This document shows, piece by piece, positions 23,191 to 35,159 of a DNA stretch of 64,000 bases; position 1 is the stretch's first letter, and the number at the start of each line of letters is the position of its first letter. The stretch spans positions 1,108,678-1,172,677 of the forward strand of contig MU058531.1 of the NCBI GenBank assembly GCA_013265495.1. Reading direction: 5' to 3'. The translations under genes were made by a program, and so were the position numbers. The notes below the pieces were generated by a model. The model saw nothing but the letters and a program-made list of their open reading frames with translations, was not told the DNA's origin and ran no database searches. Source of the DNA: Vicugna vicugna. Lineage: Eukaryota.

Positions 23191-24359
23191 AATTGGTTTT
23201 TCTTGGAGTGATTGACTGTGGGAACATCTTTCCTTGAGGAGCAATCCCAGACCCTACCACTAGGGGGTGGCCTTGCCCTGTATGCCTCAACATGACAATT
23301 ATATCATTACATGAGTCCAACCTCAGTACATTCTGTGTAATTCAGTCTTAAATAACAGTGTGCTTGTGAGAGTTATGGCCCAGTATTGATGGGCTGAGCT
23401 GTGCCAAACTCAGTCAGATTCCTCTAGCATGAGATTTGGATCTCGAGTTTTTCTTCTGTTTTCTCCACCCAGATCCTCAGCTTCTGCAAGCAATCCCCCA
23501 AACCAGAGAAAGTATACACAGAAGCAGCTCTGATTTGGGAAAAAAAAATTATATTTCCAAACAACAATGAGCTTCCACGCTAAATGACATTCAGGTTAAT
23601 GGTAGCTTTACACTTTCCAACAAGAAATGGGTCGATACTTGCTTTATTTTTATGTAAATAAAGGTATCTTTCTGGTGGGTCTAATAAAGGAAGATTCTAT
23701 GGTGAAAGGATTATTGAAACCTTCACTTCCTACAAGGTAGAAAATTGCTTGCAGCACTTAAGTGACTTTTTTTTTTTTTTTACAGTTTCCACTCATCAAA
23801 GTTTCAGAAATCTCCAGGCAGAGTTTCAGTCGTTAAAAATCTGATGTGAGGGGAGTAATTTATCTAATTCTCACTTTGGCTTAGAGCAAGTTGCCTTCTC
23901 AAAATGAAAGTACAGTACCATTGCTGTAAAAAAAAATATTTTTTAAACCCACTCACAACTAACCAACAAAGGAATTTGTGGCGGCAGAAGTGGTTGTAAA
24001 ACAATCACTTTTGACAGTTTCAGTTCACATCGCCTTGGTATCATCTGTGTCCTCCTTGTCTACCTCCAGTTTACATCCCAGCACTGTAGCATTAAGACTT
24101 GGAGGGGTTCATAGAGGACTTATAAACTTTCATTTCTCTTCCCAGTTTCCTTACTGGACCACCGTGTTAGGTAAGAAGAAAAACTGTGCCTATAGAATTG
24201 AGAAATATTCACTTCTTTCTCCCCCATCTTAAAGATTACACAGAAAGTTTTCACATGTAATAAAATCAGTGCTCATTGAGCAATCTCCAAGTAGAAGAAA
24301 GGACCCAAACTAATAGTTCATGGGAACAGAATCAAGTACCTGCATTCTCAGGGAGTCCC

Positions 24360-24513
24360 TGGGGGGTAGAATTTAGCAAATAAAAATACAGGCTGTCCAG
24401 TTAAATCAGATTTTTTTTTGCAATATTTGGGATACTCTTATACTAAAAAGTTATTCATTGTGTATCTGAAATTCAAAGTTAATGGAGTGTCCTAGATCTT
24501 ATCTGGCAGCTCA
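24360..24513. mobile_element. MER53 (hAT) palindromic MITE with an internal deletion in the left arm
   Basis: 'atttagcaaataaaaatacaggctgtccagttaaat...ttatactaaaaagttattcattgtgtatctgaaattcaaa...gtcct...ttatctggcagc'. Confidence 0.85.
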
Positions 24514-26381
24514 GTGAGGGGTGGAGAAAAAGCAGTAAAAAAAAAAAAAAAGAACAGATTCTGGACTCTTATCACGGGGACTGCCCCAGGGAAAGTCACT
24601 GATTAAAAACAAGACTGCCCCAAACCACTAGGCCTGTGGGCAGGTGTCCCAGAGCAGCTAATGTCTTCTTATTATTACCTCGACAGTCTCGGATGCCCTC
24701 CTGCTCTGGGCATTTTGAGAGCTGTTAGAGATGCTGACTAACTAGCTAGTCAGTGACCACTGAGGAAGAGATATGAAGTTCTTCCTCAAGTCTAATGTCT
24801 TTGGGATTGTGTGTTCTGTACTTTCAGACATATATCCGCTTTGGTCTGGGATGCACGTGTCCTCTTCCTAGAAACAAGGCAATCAGTTGTTACCAGGAGG
24901 TCCGGCCTGCCCCATTGTCTTTCAGAAGGCAGCCTGTGCAAACTATGGCATAAGAAAAACATTTGGTTTTACACCTTTTCTTGAGTTTTTCTGCCCTGAG
25001 TGCTCCGTCTACCAGCTCTGCCAGGCATCTCTTTTCCAAATGCCTGGCTTCTTTAGGACTCACACTCAGAATCCAACGGATGAAGAGGTAAAAACGATAC
25101 ACACTGTCTCCTCTTACTCCAGTGAGGATACAGGTGGGCAGTGTGCCTTACTAGTCTCTACTCCAGGTTTTGCAGACAAACACGTGAACATGCTGAACTA
25201 GGAGTCACTTCCAGCAGGGAATCACAGGTGGGGACCCTCTCCTTCATTCAAATTCCCTTCTGACATGGACCCCTGCATTCAGTAAGGTAAAAGGGCTCAC
25301 CAACTGTAAATTTCCTGAGTTTGACAGGGAGGTACCTGAAGATTTAGGCCCGTCTCTGGGATGAGGTCCCACTGCTAACTCTGCTCACTTGCCGTCAGGT
25401 TTTAGCCCCTCCCTGTACACCGTCATCCTCATATCTTATCTAAAGATTCATCTCCTTTAGAAAAGATCCACCCTTACCTTTAATAGAAGGTATCACTGCC
25501 TGGATTCACTCTTCCTTCCCCTGCAAGATCCCAGGTCTCTTGTTCAGTCTGATGTAGCACCACTGGATTGTCAGAAATGTCCATGGCCACTGAAATCTTT
25601 TAGTTTGTTTGCTTGCTTTTTGATTTCATCATCATGGGTAGACATGGATCCCTCTGGTCAAAATTCCATTTCATTTCTCAGTATGAGCTGCAGGCACACC
25701 AGCCCTTTTAATCATGGATCTGTTAAATTGGGCACGAACACTGAGATGATGTGGTCTGAATCCTCACTGAGAGAGTTCTGTTTGCTCCCTGACAAGGCAA
25801 CCCAGACCCATTATCGCGCAGAAAGGCTTTCCGCCAGAGGCCAAGCAGCATGGAGGAAGGAGCTAGGTTACCCATTAACAGATGCTCCCTTGAAAGGGCC
25901 TGGGAGAACTGTAGGCTGAATTAAATTATTTAGGTTCAACCCATCTCCTGCTGGGGGAAAGGGAAGAGGAGTGAGTTTGGTTGGAGTTCTTCTCGCTACA
26001 CGGACAGCAACCAATGTTCACCAGGGCTTAACTGGGGGCCTCATTTTCTTTAGAATAGCTTCACTGATGTTGGTCCTCTCTGAATTAGGAATGAAGTTGC
26101 TTTTCCAGCCAGGTTACTGCAAGATGAGTCACTCAAAGTGAATCTTGTTACTTCCACCTTACATTATCTATCAGAGCTCACGGAGTCCACTTTTCCCCCC
26201 ATCTGATGTCTCTTTGTTCTTCCTACGATTCTTCGTCTCTGACCCCTGTTTCCCATATACTACTGGTTCCTGCCATAAATCTGGCTTTCTCAGACTACTA
26301 GATCTTGACACATAGTATCCTGCTGTCTGGAATGATCTTTTTTCATCCCTCTTGCATCTGACTTCCTCATACTTGTCCTTC

Positions 26382-26842
26382 TGTTACTGACCAGGTTTCT
26401 TGGACTCCTCAATCAATAGACCAGACGAGAAATTCAGGCAAGGCTTCACTGGGACTTGTGCTACAGCACGAGGGAGCGAAAACAAGTAACTAGTTCCCTT
26501 GCTTGCTCCCTGAATGAGGAAGAGCTGGCCCCTTAAATGGGATGAGGGTAGGGGTGGTTCCACGAGTCGGCCAGAGGGGTGGCTTAGGGGGTCTGCCCAC
26601 CCCCTTGGTGGTGCTGTATTCAGGGATCATGCACAGTACCCTGCTTTTGCTCCTACACCTGAGAATTGCCAGTTGGATGTTTGGTCTTTTTGTATCTTGT
26701 TGTTCATATTTTGCTCCAACAGTGCATATATAGAGATAATTTTAGTCCCTTTTAGTTTCTTTGTATTTGTTGCTTGAGGAGACATTTGTCCAGGTGCAAG
26801 CACTGTAGCAGAGTCCCAGGTCACAGGTCCCAGCCTGTCTCA
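26382..26842 (-). mobile_element. ERV1-class solo LTR (461 bp) inserted in an L2
   Basis: TG...CA termini (tgttac...gtctca); 4-bp TSD cttc at 26378-26381 and 26843-26846; retains CpGs. Confidence 0.9.
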
Positions 26843-26878
26843 CTTCCAGTCCCAGAGTAGCCATGCAGACCTCCTTAG

Positions 26879-27063
26879 CAGGGCTTCTCAAAATTAGTAT
26901 GCCTAAGAATCACCTGGAGATCTTAAAAATATTGATTCCTTTTTCTCATCTCTGTCCTCCTCCACCCAATTCTGATTTAGTAGGTCTGGGATGGAGTAAT
27001 TTAAACAAGTTCCCACATACTTCTTGTTAGTGCTGTTCTGCAGACCACACTTTGGGAACCGCT
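26879..27063. mobile_element. MER5A (hAT-Charlie) MITE
   Basis: 'cttctcaaaatt...aagaatcacctggagatctt...attctgatttagtaggtctgggatgg...gaccacactttgggaacc'. Confidence 0.8.
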
Positions 27064-27129
27064 CCCCCAGACTAAATTAAATTCCCCAGCTCTGTGATCC
27101 TGAATCTCCTGATATGTATTCTATCAAAA

Positions 27130-27280
27130 CACCTTATTGTTACTACCCTTTTAGTGTCTGTCCTCCCTGATAGGCTGAAAACGCTGCAAAGGCAGGTTGT
27201 GTCTATATTATTTGCTTCTGTATCTTCATCAGTTAGCTCAAGGAATACTATTAAGCACATGGGATGTGCTTAATAAATCC
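27130..27280 (+). mobile_element. L2 3' end
   Basis: 'tgtctgtcctccc...ggcaggttgtgtct...gcacatggg...gtgcttaataaat'. Confidence 0.55.
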
Positions 27281-27639
27281 AGTAGTTCTAAGAAGAAGGT
27301 GGGAGAAAGGAGAGTCATTGCATGCCGGGAATGTTCAACACGTGAGCGTGTGGTTTCCAAGGCGGTTTTCAAAGGGAGCTGCGGAATGTATCAAACTGAT
27401 GGCCTTTGGAAGAAAGATCTAGACAGCTCCAGTGGTAATTTTGAATATCACTATCTGCATGATTTCTAGTATCTTTGTATGAGCTGGTATTTTCAGTTCT
27501 ATCTGATAAGGAAGCTTTGCAAACATCTACTCAACTGGAGTGATGGACAAATCCGGATAATAAGCTAGGCAAATTCATTCACTTTCCATCCTGAGCATCC
27601 CTTGCATGGAAGGCATGATTGTAGAATAATACATGGGCA

Positions 27640-28170
27640 GAGTGTAGACTCCAGAGTTGGACCGTCCTAGAAGGCAACTCTGCTGCTTCCCAGGTCTGTG
27701 ACCTCGGGCAAGGTAATTTAACAGTTCTGAGCCTCTGTTTCCTTGTCCATGGACGAGGATAAAATAGTACGTATGGAGAGGCAGTAGGTGCAATAGTTTA
27801 GAGCACAGTCTGCCTGGGTTTGAATCCTGGCTCCTCCACTTACCAGCTGTATGACATTGGGCAAGTTATTTAACTGCTATATGCCTTAATTTCCTTATTA
27901 AAAAATTCAAAAATTATTGCATTGAGTTAAACTATATTAAATTGCTAATTTGTAGGTCAAAACAGTTAAATATCAGTTATTTCAAATGATGCAAATGAAT
28001 ACCTATCTCCTAGGCTTATTAAGATAATTAAATGAGTCCATTTTAGGTCATTTATTAAGTGCCATGTAACACTTAGCTCTGATTGCACAGTTGAGTTCAT
28101 TAGGGAATCGAATGAGTGTGATAGTGATAACACTTAGCACAAGAACATGGGAAACATTCAGTAAAGAGCT
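27640..28170 (+). mobile_element. Two adjacent or nested MIR SINEs
   Basis: 'tgtgacctcgggcaaggtaatttaacagttctgagcctctgtttcc' and 'ctgcctgggtttgaatcctggctcctccacttaccagctgtatgacattgggcaagttatttaac'. Confidence 0.85.
27921..28001. mobile_element. MADE2-like mariner MITE (~80 bp) inserted in a MIR
   Basis: 'gttaaactatattaaattgctaatttgtaggtcaaaacagttaaatatc...atttcaaatgatgcaa' follows the MADE2 palindrome with its central 'tgtaggtcaaaa'. Confidence 0.65.
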
Positions 28171-28445
28171 ACCTGTGGTTAGTTTTTCATAACCTATGAT
28201 AACCCCTTCTTAGGAATATCTGACTTTAAAATTGCAAATACTTGTAAATGGCTGTCTGCGCGCTACCTCTAAGTCCTGCAGTTCCTGAGCATGCACAGGC
28301 TTATTGCCAAGAACTTGAGGAGGCTGGATGGAAGTTAGGAAGAGCAGGGGCAGTTCAGGACAATGGGCCTGGAAGAGACAGAAGCCCAGGGCGGGGACAA
28401 GGTACCACGTGTTAGCCTCTTGCCTCCCAATGTAATGTCATGTGG

Positions 28446-28527
28446 TTATGTGAAACCATGTGAAATTGTTATTTATGTAGGTCAAAAGTGGTTACATATT
28501 CGAAATTTAATACAGTTAAATCTAATA
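28446..28527. mobile_element. MADE2-like mariner MITE (~80 bp)
   Basis: 'aaccatgtgaaattgttatttatgtaggtcaaaagtggttacatatt...aatttaatacagttaaatctaata'. Confidence 0.7.
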
Positions 28528-28588
28528 CATTTCTCCAGCCAGCCTGGATTTCTTTCACGTTCTCGACAGTCTGTCAGTTAGAGGTCTA

Positions 28589-28665
28589 TACCATATCTCT
28601 GCTTTTCTTCGCATTTTGACATCTTTGACATTGGGATGCGTCTTACAATCATGTGTTTCTTTAAC
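28589..28665. mobile_element. MER104/Kanga-like (TcMar-Tc2) terminal fragment
   Basis: 'cattttgacatctttgacattgggatgcgtcttacaatc'. Confidence 0.55.
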
Positions 28666-28699
28666 ATGGTTGATATTCTTTCCCTTCTTCCTCATGAGC

Positions 28700-28935
28700 C
28701 TCTGGCTTCTGTAACCCATGTTTCCCCCTCTTTGCCCAGTGTCCCCAGGAAGGTAGCTCGTTGACCTCAGCCCTGGGATCAACAGTTTCTTCCCATAATT
28801 ATTAATAACTAGGTTGCCTCAACTTCCATTTTGTTCTTCCAGCCTTGCAACATCTGTGAAACGATTTCCTATATTAATTCTCCCCTGTTTGAAATACCTA
28901 GCCTGGTTTCTCTTTTCCTGGCTCTGCTATTATAG
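28700..28935 (+). mobile_element. LTR33-like ERVL LTR 3' part
   Basis: 'ttcctatattaattctcccctgtttgaaatacctagcctggtttctcttttcctg'. Confidence 0.6.
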
Positions 28936-29029
28936 GTATGAATTTTAAAAGCATCTTTAAATGCAAATGAGAGAGTTAAACATTCACATAGTTATGTGAA
29001 CTATATACATCAGATTAGTTTCTCTTTAT

Positions 29030-30280
29030 CATGATTTTTTATTCACCAGACATTTATTTAGCATCTAGTTTGAACCAGAGACTATGCTCCTACTATTGGG
29101 AAAAGGATGAAAAAGAGTTCTTGTCCTTGAGGAGCTTCGAGTGGGGGTGGGGCTAGGACAGCAGAAGACACAGCGATCACAGTTTGACAAGAGCTATGGG
29201 AGCACACCGGGGGCCCCAACCCAGTCCCAGGCAGGCGAAGTCAGGGAAGCCTTCTCCAGGCTGTTCTGCGTGCCCTGCCGTGGAGAAGAGGAGGGGGTTG
29301 GGAAGGAGCTTCCAGGCAGAGTGAGGAGCGAAGGCCCAGATCTAGAGAGCAGGGTTCTTTCAGGACCCTGAAGTGTGTCTGTGAGGTTGGGGACGAGGTG
29401 GAGGTTGACAACAGCTAAAGCTGGAATGGTAGGCAAGGGATCAGATCATGAAGAATGACGTACACGATATTGAAGAACTTTGTCCTTCTCCTGAAGTCAC
29501 TGGAAAACCACTGAAAGTAGTGACTGGCTCAAGTTTACAGATAGGAAGTCACCACTGGCTGGAAGGGAGGACAGCATATTTTCTAGAAGATTCCAGATGA
29601 CCCACTGGCTGATTAATACAAGTTAAGATATTAATGGTTCCTTCTTTCGTTCACCAAATATTTAATGAGCACCCACTATATATCAAACACTATGGTTTGA
29701 TCTTGGAAACATGAAGACAGACAAGGTGAGTTTCATACCTTCAAAGAGCTCACTGTCCCATGGGGGAGAAAGACTCTTATGTAATTGCGATAAGTATTAT
29801 AGAAATACACAAGAGAGAGAGAAACGAGACCAAGTAGAAGAAAATGGAAGGCCTCAGAGAGGAAGTGATGATGCCTTGAATCTTGAAGGGTGAGTGCAGA
29901 GCACAGAACATAAAAGAGCAGGAATACAACATTTCAGTGTACCATTTGGATCAGAAAGGAACACAGTGTTCTGGATGTGCTCAGGGATTAGCAAAGAGTC
30001 TGATGTTCCTAGGCTACAAGTAAATGTAAAATTAAATGGACATGAAGTCCTGAGACCCAGTTATAAAGGACCTCAGAAGCCTTGTGGACAATGACCCATT
30101 TAGGCAACAGACAATCAATCACTGAAAGTTTTTGAGAGGAGTAGGGGTTAATGAAATAAGATTCACACTTCAGAAGATTATGTCTGGAGAATAAAATTGA
30201 AAAATAGAGACCAGCAGCAGACACCAGTTATGAAGCTGAGGCAATAGTTCAGTTGGTCAAAAACTTGAACTATGAGAAAC
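29030..30280 (-). mobile_element. Two tandem L2 3' regions
   Basis: Two antisense L2 ends: 'attcaccagacatttattagcatcta' (~29041) and 'ttcaccaaatatttaatgagcacccactata' (~29650). Confidence 0.7.
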
Positions 30281-30859
30281 GGTAGAGATAAACAAGAGCA
30301 AACCAATCCTGGGTCCGTAGACTCCAGCCTAGAAAACATTTTCACGTTAAAGCATCTATTAGTTCTCAAAGGAAATCTCAGAAATACCCTTTTATTCATC
30401 TTTCTCAAAACTTTGTCAAAACCTGTTGAACTGTCTCAAAATTCACGCCGTAGTAGAACAGTCTTTTATCATTCCGGATCCTTTTGGAAGGCATCCTAGG
30501 GAACAGACCACAGAGCTGAGGGAAATGCTGGAAGGAGAAACGTGAGGATGTGATGCAAAGTGCAAGTAAATACTTCATGAGATGCAGGGAAACAGCTTTT
30601 CAAAGAAGAAAAGGAAGGGAGCTGGGGTACAAAAGTGGAAAAGGCCTGAGTCTTGTCTCTGAATGAGACAAAATGCTTGGGAGGACTTGATTTTTCCTTC
30701 TGACTGAAGGGGAGAGAGAGGAAAACTCTGGAAACAAACGGTGGTCAGAGGCTTCAAAGGCAAACACCTCCGGAAACGGGGCAGGTAACATAAAATAGTT
30801 TGGTGAAGCAGGCTTGGGTTAAGAACATGGAAGCACATGGTCAGTGAAAGGGGAGGATA

Positions 30860-31050
30860 CCCACAAGCTCCAGCCAGTTGTCATGTGGAAATGCATTGTG
30901 GCCAGATCTTGTGATTTTTCAAGAGAAGCCAGAAATCTAGATATTCCTGTAAAATTACTCACTGTCTTCAATGTGGGCAACTAATTCAGATTTTTGCTAA
31001 ACACATCATGGCTGCATTTGGCCCTTGGGTGGTCAATTTATAACCTCTGA
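30860..31050. mobile_element. MER103C-like (hAT-Charlie) element
   Basis: 'gccagatcttgtgatttttcaagagaagccagaaatctagat...ggcaactaattca...tttggccc...acctctg'. Confidence 0.75.
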
Positions 31051-31529
31051 TTTAGAGGAAAAGGGAGGGTTGTTCTTTGAATAAATCCAACTACCACAGC
31101 TGATACACAGCCCACTTCTGCAAGAACATAAACAAGGTGTGAAAGTATGCTGTTTCAAAAAAAAAAAAAGTCTATTGAATCTACTGGCTAATTTTGGAAA
31201 GATGTTACAGAATGTACTGATATGTAAATGTGGTCTTGTTTTGGTGGGAAAATTTTTATAAAGCTGAAGTAGAAGGAAGGAAATCAATCTTCTTGGAAGT
31301 AATCTCTAACATCTTTAAAAAGCCGGGGTTGAAGAAAATGACCCTTGGGAGAAGATCATGGTCTAATGTCTTTCAGGAGCTAGCACTGGCGAAGAAAGTC
31401 AACTATTTTACTTTATATCACAGACACAATATGAGGAGTTCCTGGGAATCAGTAGTAAGACAGTGCCCTAACAGAACATGGACAAAGACTGCACAGTTCA
31501 CACCTGGAAGTTCAAAAGGAACTGTTACA

Positions 31530-32400
31530 GGTTTTTCACATATAAAAATGCTTTGATCAACCACTTATCATGTAAGAAATCCAAATTATAACAATGTTTC
31601 CCATCCTATAATGCTGGAAAAAGTTAACAAGAAATTTGGATAATCAGCTATGTAGACAAAGGTGCTGGGAAATGGCTGTGTCATACATTGGTGGTGTAAT
31701 TGTAAACTGGCGTGGCTGATAGGGAAACTGAATTAACGGGGTCTACTAAAATTAAAAAGTTTGTGTACTTCTTGACCCCTAGATTTCTAAATATAAGAAT
31801 TAATTAATTCGATGGTTTTATTCACACATCTGGGAAAGGATACGTGTATTTTATATATAGATATAGATACATATATATGGATATAGATATACACACATAT
31901 ATATTCATTAGAGCATCACTTATAATAACAAAGGATTTTGAAAGAAACTAAATGCCCACCAATACAGAAATAAAATAAATGGTGGTCCTCTCAAACAATG
32001 AAGTATACTGAAGCCATTAGAAAGAAGCAGCTCTCTATATACTGAAATGGACATGTTTTCAATATGCATTAAGTGAAAGAAGCAAGGGTAAGAAGTGCAC
32101 ATTGTATAATAACATTTAGAATTGCATGATTATATACTTATATCTTATAGAATAGCTCAAGAAGGTTTGGGAAATATCTTTTAAGAAGGGATGCCTCTTA
32201 GGGAGGGCAGACCAGATGGAAAACAGAGATGGGAGGGAATTAACTTTTTGCTATACATTCTTTTGTATATGTTGATTTTGTGTTATATATATATATATGC
32301 ACACATACAAGTAAAATGTAATATATATTGTTTAGTGTAATAATATGTATAGGATATAATATTCATGTTTATATTACCTATTAAAAACATTATTTTAGAG
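31530..32400 (+). mobile_element. L1ME-type 3' region remnant
   Basis: 'catacattggtggtgtaattgtaaactgg', 'aactaaatgcccaccaata', 'aagtgaaagaagcaag'. Confidence 0.6.
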
Positions 32401-32980
32401 GACCTACTAACTAAAAAAAAAAAAAATTACTAACTTATTGGCAATCCTCTTTAAACCTCCTCTTCTTTTTGAATCCCAAGATCAAACTTTGGCTTCAAAA
32501 TAACTAGTAACTCTCCCACAACTTTGGCTGTTGAAGTAATTGTTATTTGTCCTATGCTATCTTAGATTCATTAGCTTTTCCATCCAACATGCTAGTGAAA
32601 GTACATCCAAACCCACAAATGTGAAAAACTTAGACCCAGAAGTAGGACTCATCTACGTGAAAGTTCTGGGTCAGTTTTCTTTGCAGGAGCCCAGATGGCT
32701 CCTGAGCGTCTCCCTGAATCATTCCGCTAAGTGAAATAAAATGGTGAGGCAGACATTTAAATGACAAGCAAAGCCTGGGCCCACTGTTCTAGAAGTGGAA
32801 AATTTTGTGAACTTTTTATGTTCCCGCTGTGTCCTAGCGCAGACTATCTTTCTCAGGCAGACACGGAAGCATATAGAGGCCTCAGAAATCCTATTAGTTT
32901 CAGAGTCTACTGCCAATAAATTTAATAAGAGATGGAAGCAAGGTTATTTGTTTGTTTTACAGCATTAAGACTGCGCAGAA

Positions 32981-33022
32981 AGAAACTCTTGGAAGAGTTT
33001 AGAAACTCTTAGAAGAGTTTAG
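32981..33022. repeat. 20-bp tandem duplication whose unit is itself an inverted repeat
   Basis: agaaactctt ggaagagttt agaaactctt agaagagttt ag. Confidence 0.9.
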
Positions 33023-33144
33023 TAAAATATTAACGATTATTCGCCAAATCTCCAAATACCCCCGACCACCTACTAAATGCTGGGTCAGTAGGCTAGGTAC
33101 CATCGTAGGTTTACAATGATGGATAAGGAGTTTATAATCTAATT

Positions 33145-33445
33145 CCATACTTCCCAAAGTCTCCTCTGAAGAGCACTAAATTCTAAAGAATATTGACATT
33201 GTTACAAGACAAAAAAAAAAGATGTCCTTGATAATTAGATTCAGAAAGAAAGCAAATAAATTAATCAGATATTAAACGATTTTCATTGGTGTAGGACTTT
33301 TTAGATCTTTTAATATGCTCATGTTCAATGTGAATTTTCTAGAGAGGGGCAGCCTTTTCCAAAATTGTTTGAACACAATCAGCTTTTGCTAGGAGCAGCT
33401 GGAGGGCCCAGTGTCTATGCAACATATGTCAGGAAGCAATAGCCT
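33145..33445. mobile_element. MER113-like (hAT-Charlie) element
   Basis: 'gtaggactttttagatcttttaatatgctcatgttcaatgtgaattttctagagagggg...ttccaaaattgtttgaacac'. Confidence 0.55.
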
Positions 33446-33519
33446 TAATGGAGAGAGAAATATAAATACATATGTGAAAAGTTAAATAGCAAAATAAAAC
33501 TTACATAAAGCAAGCTGGG

Positions 33520-34090
33520 TTTTTTTATTGAAATATAGTTGATTTACAATGTTGTGTTAAAGTTTCTGATGTACAGCAAAGTGGCTCAATTGTATATGTG
33601 TGTGTGTATATATATATATATTCTTTTTTACATTTTTTACATTATGGTTTATTGCAGGATATTGAATATAACTCCCTGTGCTATACAGTAGGACCTTGTT
33701 GTTTATCTATTTCATATATAGTAGTTTGTATTTGCTAATCTCAAAGTTCTAATTTATCCCTCCCCTACCCCTTTCCTCTTTAGTAACCATAGTCCATTTT
33801 CTATGTCTATGAGTCTGTTTCTGTTTTGTAAATAGGTTCATTTGTATCATATTTTAGATTCAACATATAAGTGATATCGTGATATTTATCTTTGTCTGGC
33901 TTACTTCACTTAGTATGATCATCTCTAAGTCCATCCATGTTGCTGCAAATGACATTATTTCATTCTTTTTTATGGCTGAGTAGTATTCCATTGTGTGTGT
34001 GTGTGTGTGTGTGTGTACACCACATTTTCTTTACCCAGTCATCTGTTGATGGACATTTAGGTTGCTTCCATGTCTTGGCTATTGTAAATG
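33520..34090 (-). mobile_element. Cetartiodactyl-type L1 3' end with (TG)n microsatellites
   Basis: 'ttttattgaaatatagttgatttacaatgttgtg...ccctgtgctatacagtaggaccttgttg...gatggacatttaggttgcttccatgtcttggct'. Confidence 0.92.
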
Positions 34091-34129
34091 TGCAAGCACA
34101 CTGGTTTTACCTGCCCAGATTCTGGTGTG

Positions 34130-34720
34130 GATGTAATGAACAGCTTGAGTTCCAGAGGTGACCTTGAGTTGGAAAGGCCAGATGGAATGGAAAGAGCTGG
34201 GATCAAGCCACAAAGAAGGGACATATCAGTCAAGGAGGAGAAGCAGCTGAAAGTGACAGAGCTATTCAGAGGAGGAAGGAGACCAGCTTGGCAGAAACAG
34301 AGGGTTTATTATATAGGAAGAAAAGGGAGTTTAGTCGAGGTAGGACTGGATTGGAAGAGGCCTTGACTGCCAGGTTAAGTAATCTGAATCTCGTTTTACA
34401 GGCAATAAGGAGCCTTGAAAACCCTGTAAGCAGGACACTGAAATGGTCAAAGTAGTCTTCTAAGAAAATTACCCTGGTGCTCATTTGAAGAGAAGATTGG
34501 ACGGAGGCAGTGAAGTGGGAAGGGAAGGAAATGGGAGCCAGGAACTAACCATGAGATAAAGGTCTGGCATAGAGGTCAGTGCACAGACTATTAAAGGCAT
34601 GTGGAATGAAGAACTGACAGATTAAATGGTTATCAGTGCGTGACATGGGATTTGAAGTCCAGATGATAAGGTGAATGGTGCCATTCACCTGAGTAGGATA
34701 GTTTTTGCGATAAAGATTTG
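34130..34720 (-). mobile_element. L2 remnant
   Basis: 'gaggtgaccttgagttgg...ggccttgactgccaggttaag...ggtgaatggtgccattcac'. Confidence 0.55.
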
Positions 34721-35159
34721 TGTTTTGCCCTCTGAGATGTTCCTTACTATCGTCCCCACTTCCACTCCCCATGAATTTCACAGAAGCAGGCAGGCTTTCC
34801 ATACTTCTCTGCTTGAAGAATTTTTGCCTGAAGAGCTCTCAGCTCCTCTTGTTTTCTCTATGACCAAAACTCACAAGAGGATGATATTGGATAGCCTAGA
34901 AGGGTGAGCAATAATAATAGCAGAGAAAAGAGCTCCTTCAAGATCAGGGAGAGAGAGGGCAGCAGAAGTGGGTTCAGCAGAAGTAGGTTCCAAAAGACTA
35001 GGGAAAACGTCCCAGGCGGAGTATGCACCCAGTTCAGCTCAGTGACCACCACCTCCAGGAAGATGTCTAGCTTCAGAGAGGACAGTGCAAGATGAACCTG
35101 GAGAAACCACAGAAGCTAGGTCCATCTGGAAGAGCTGAAGAGTCCCATGCTTCCCATTT

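Noticed and set aside
32981..33022. CRISPR-like palindromic repeats
   Set aside because: Only two abutting units with no spacers and no cas genes, in a mammalian context
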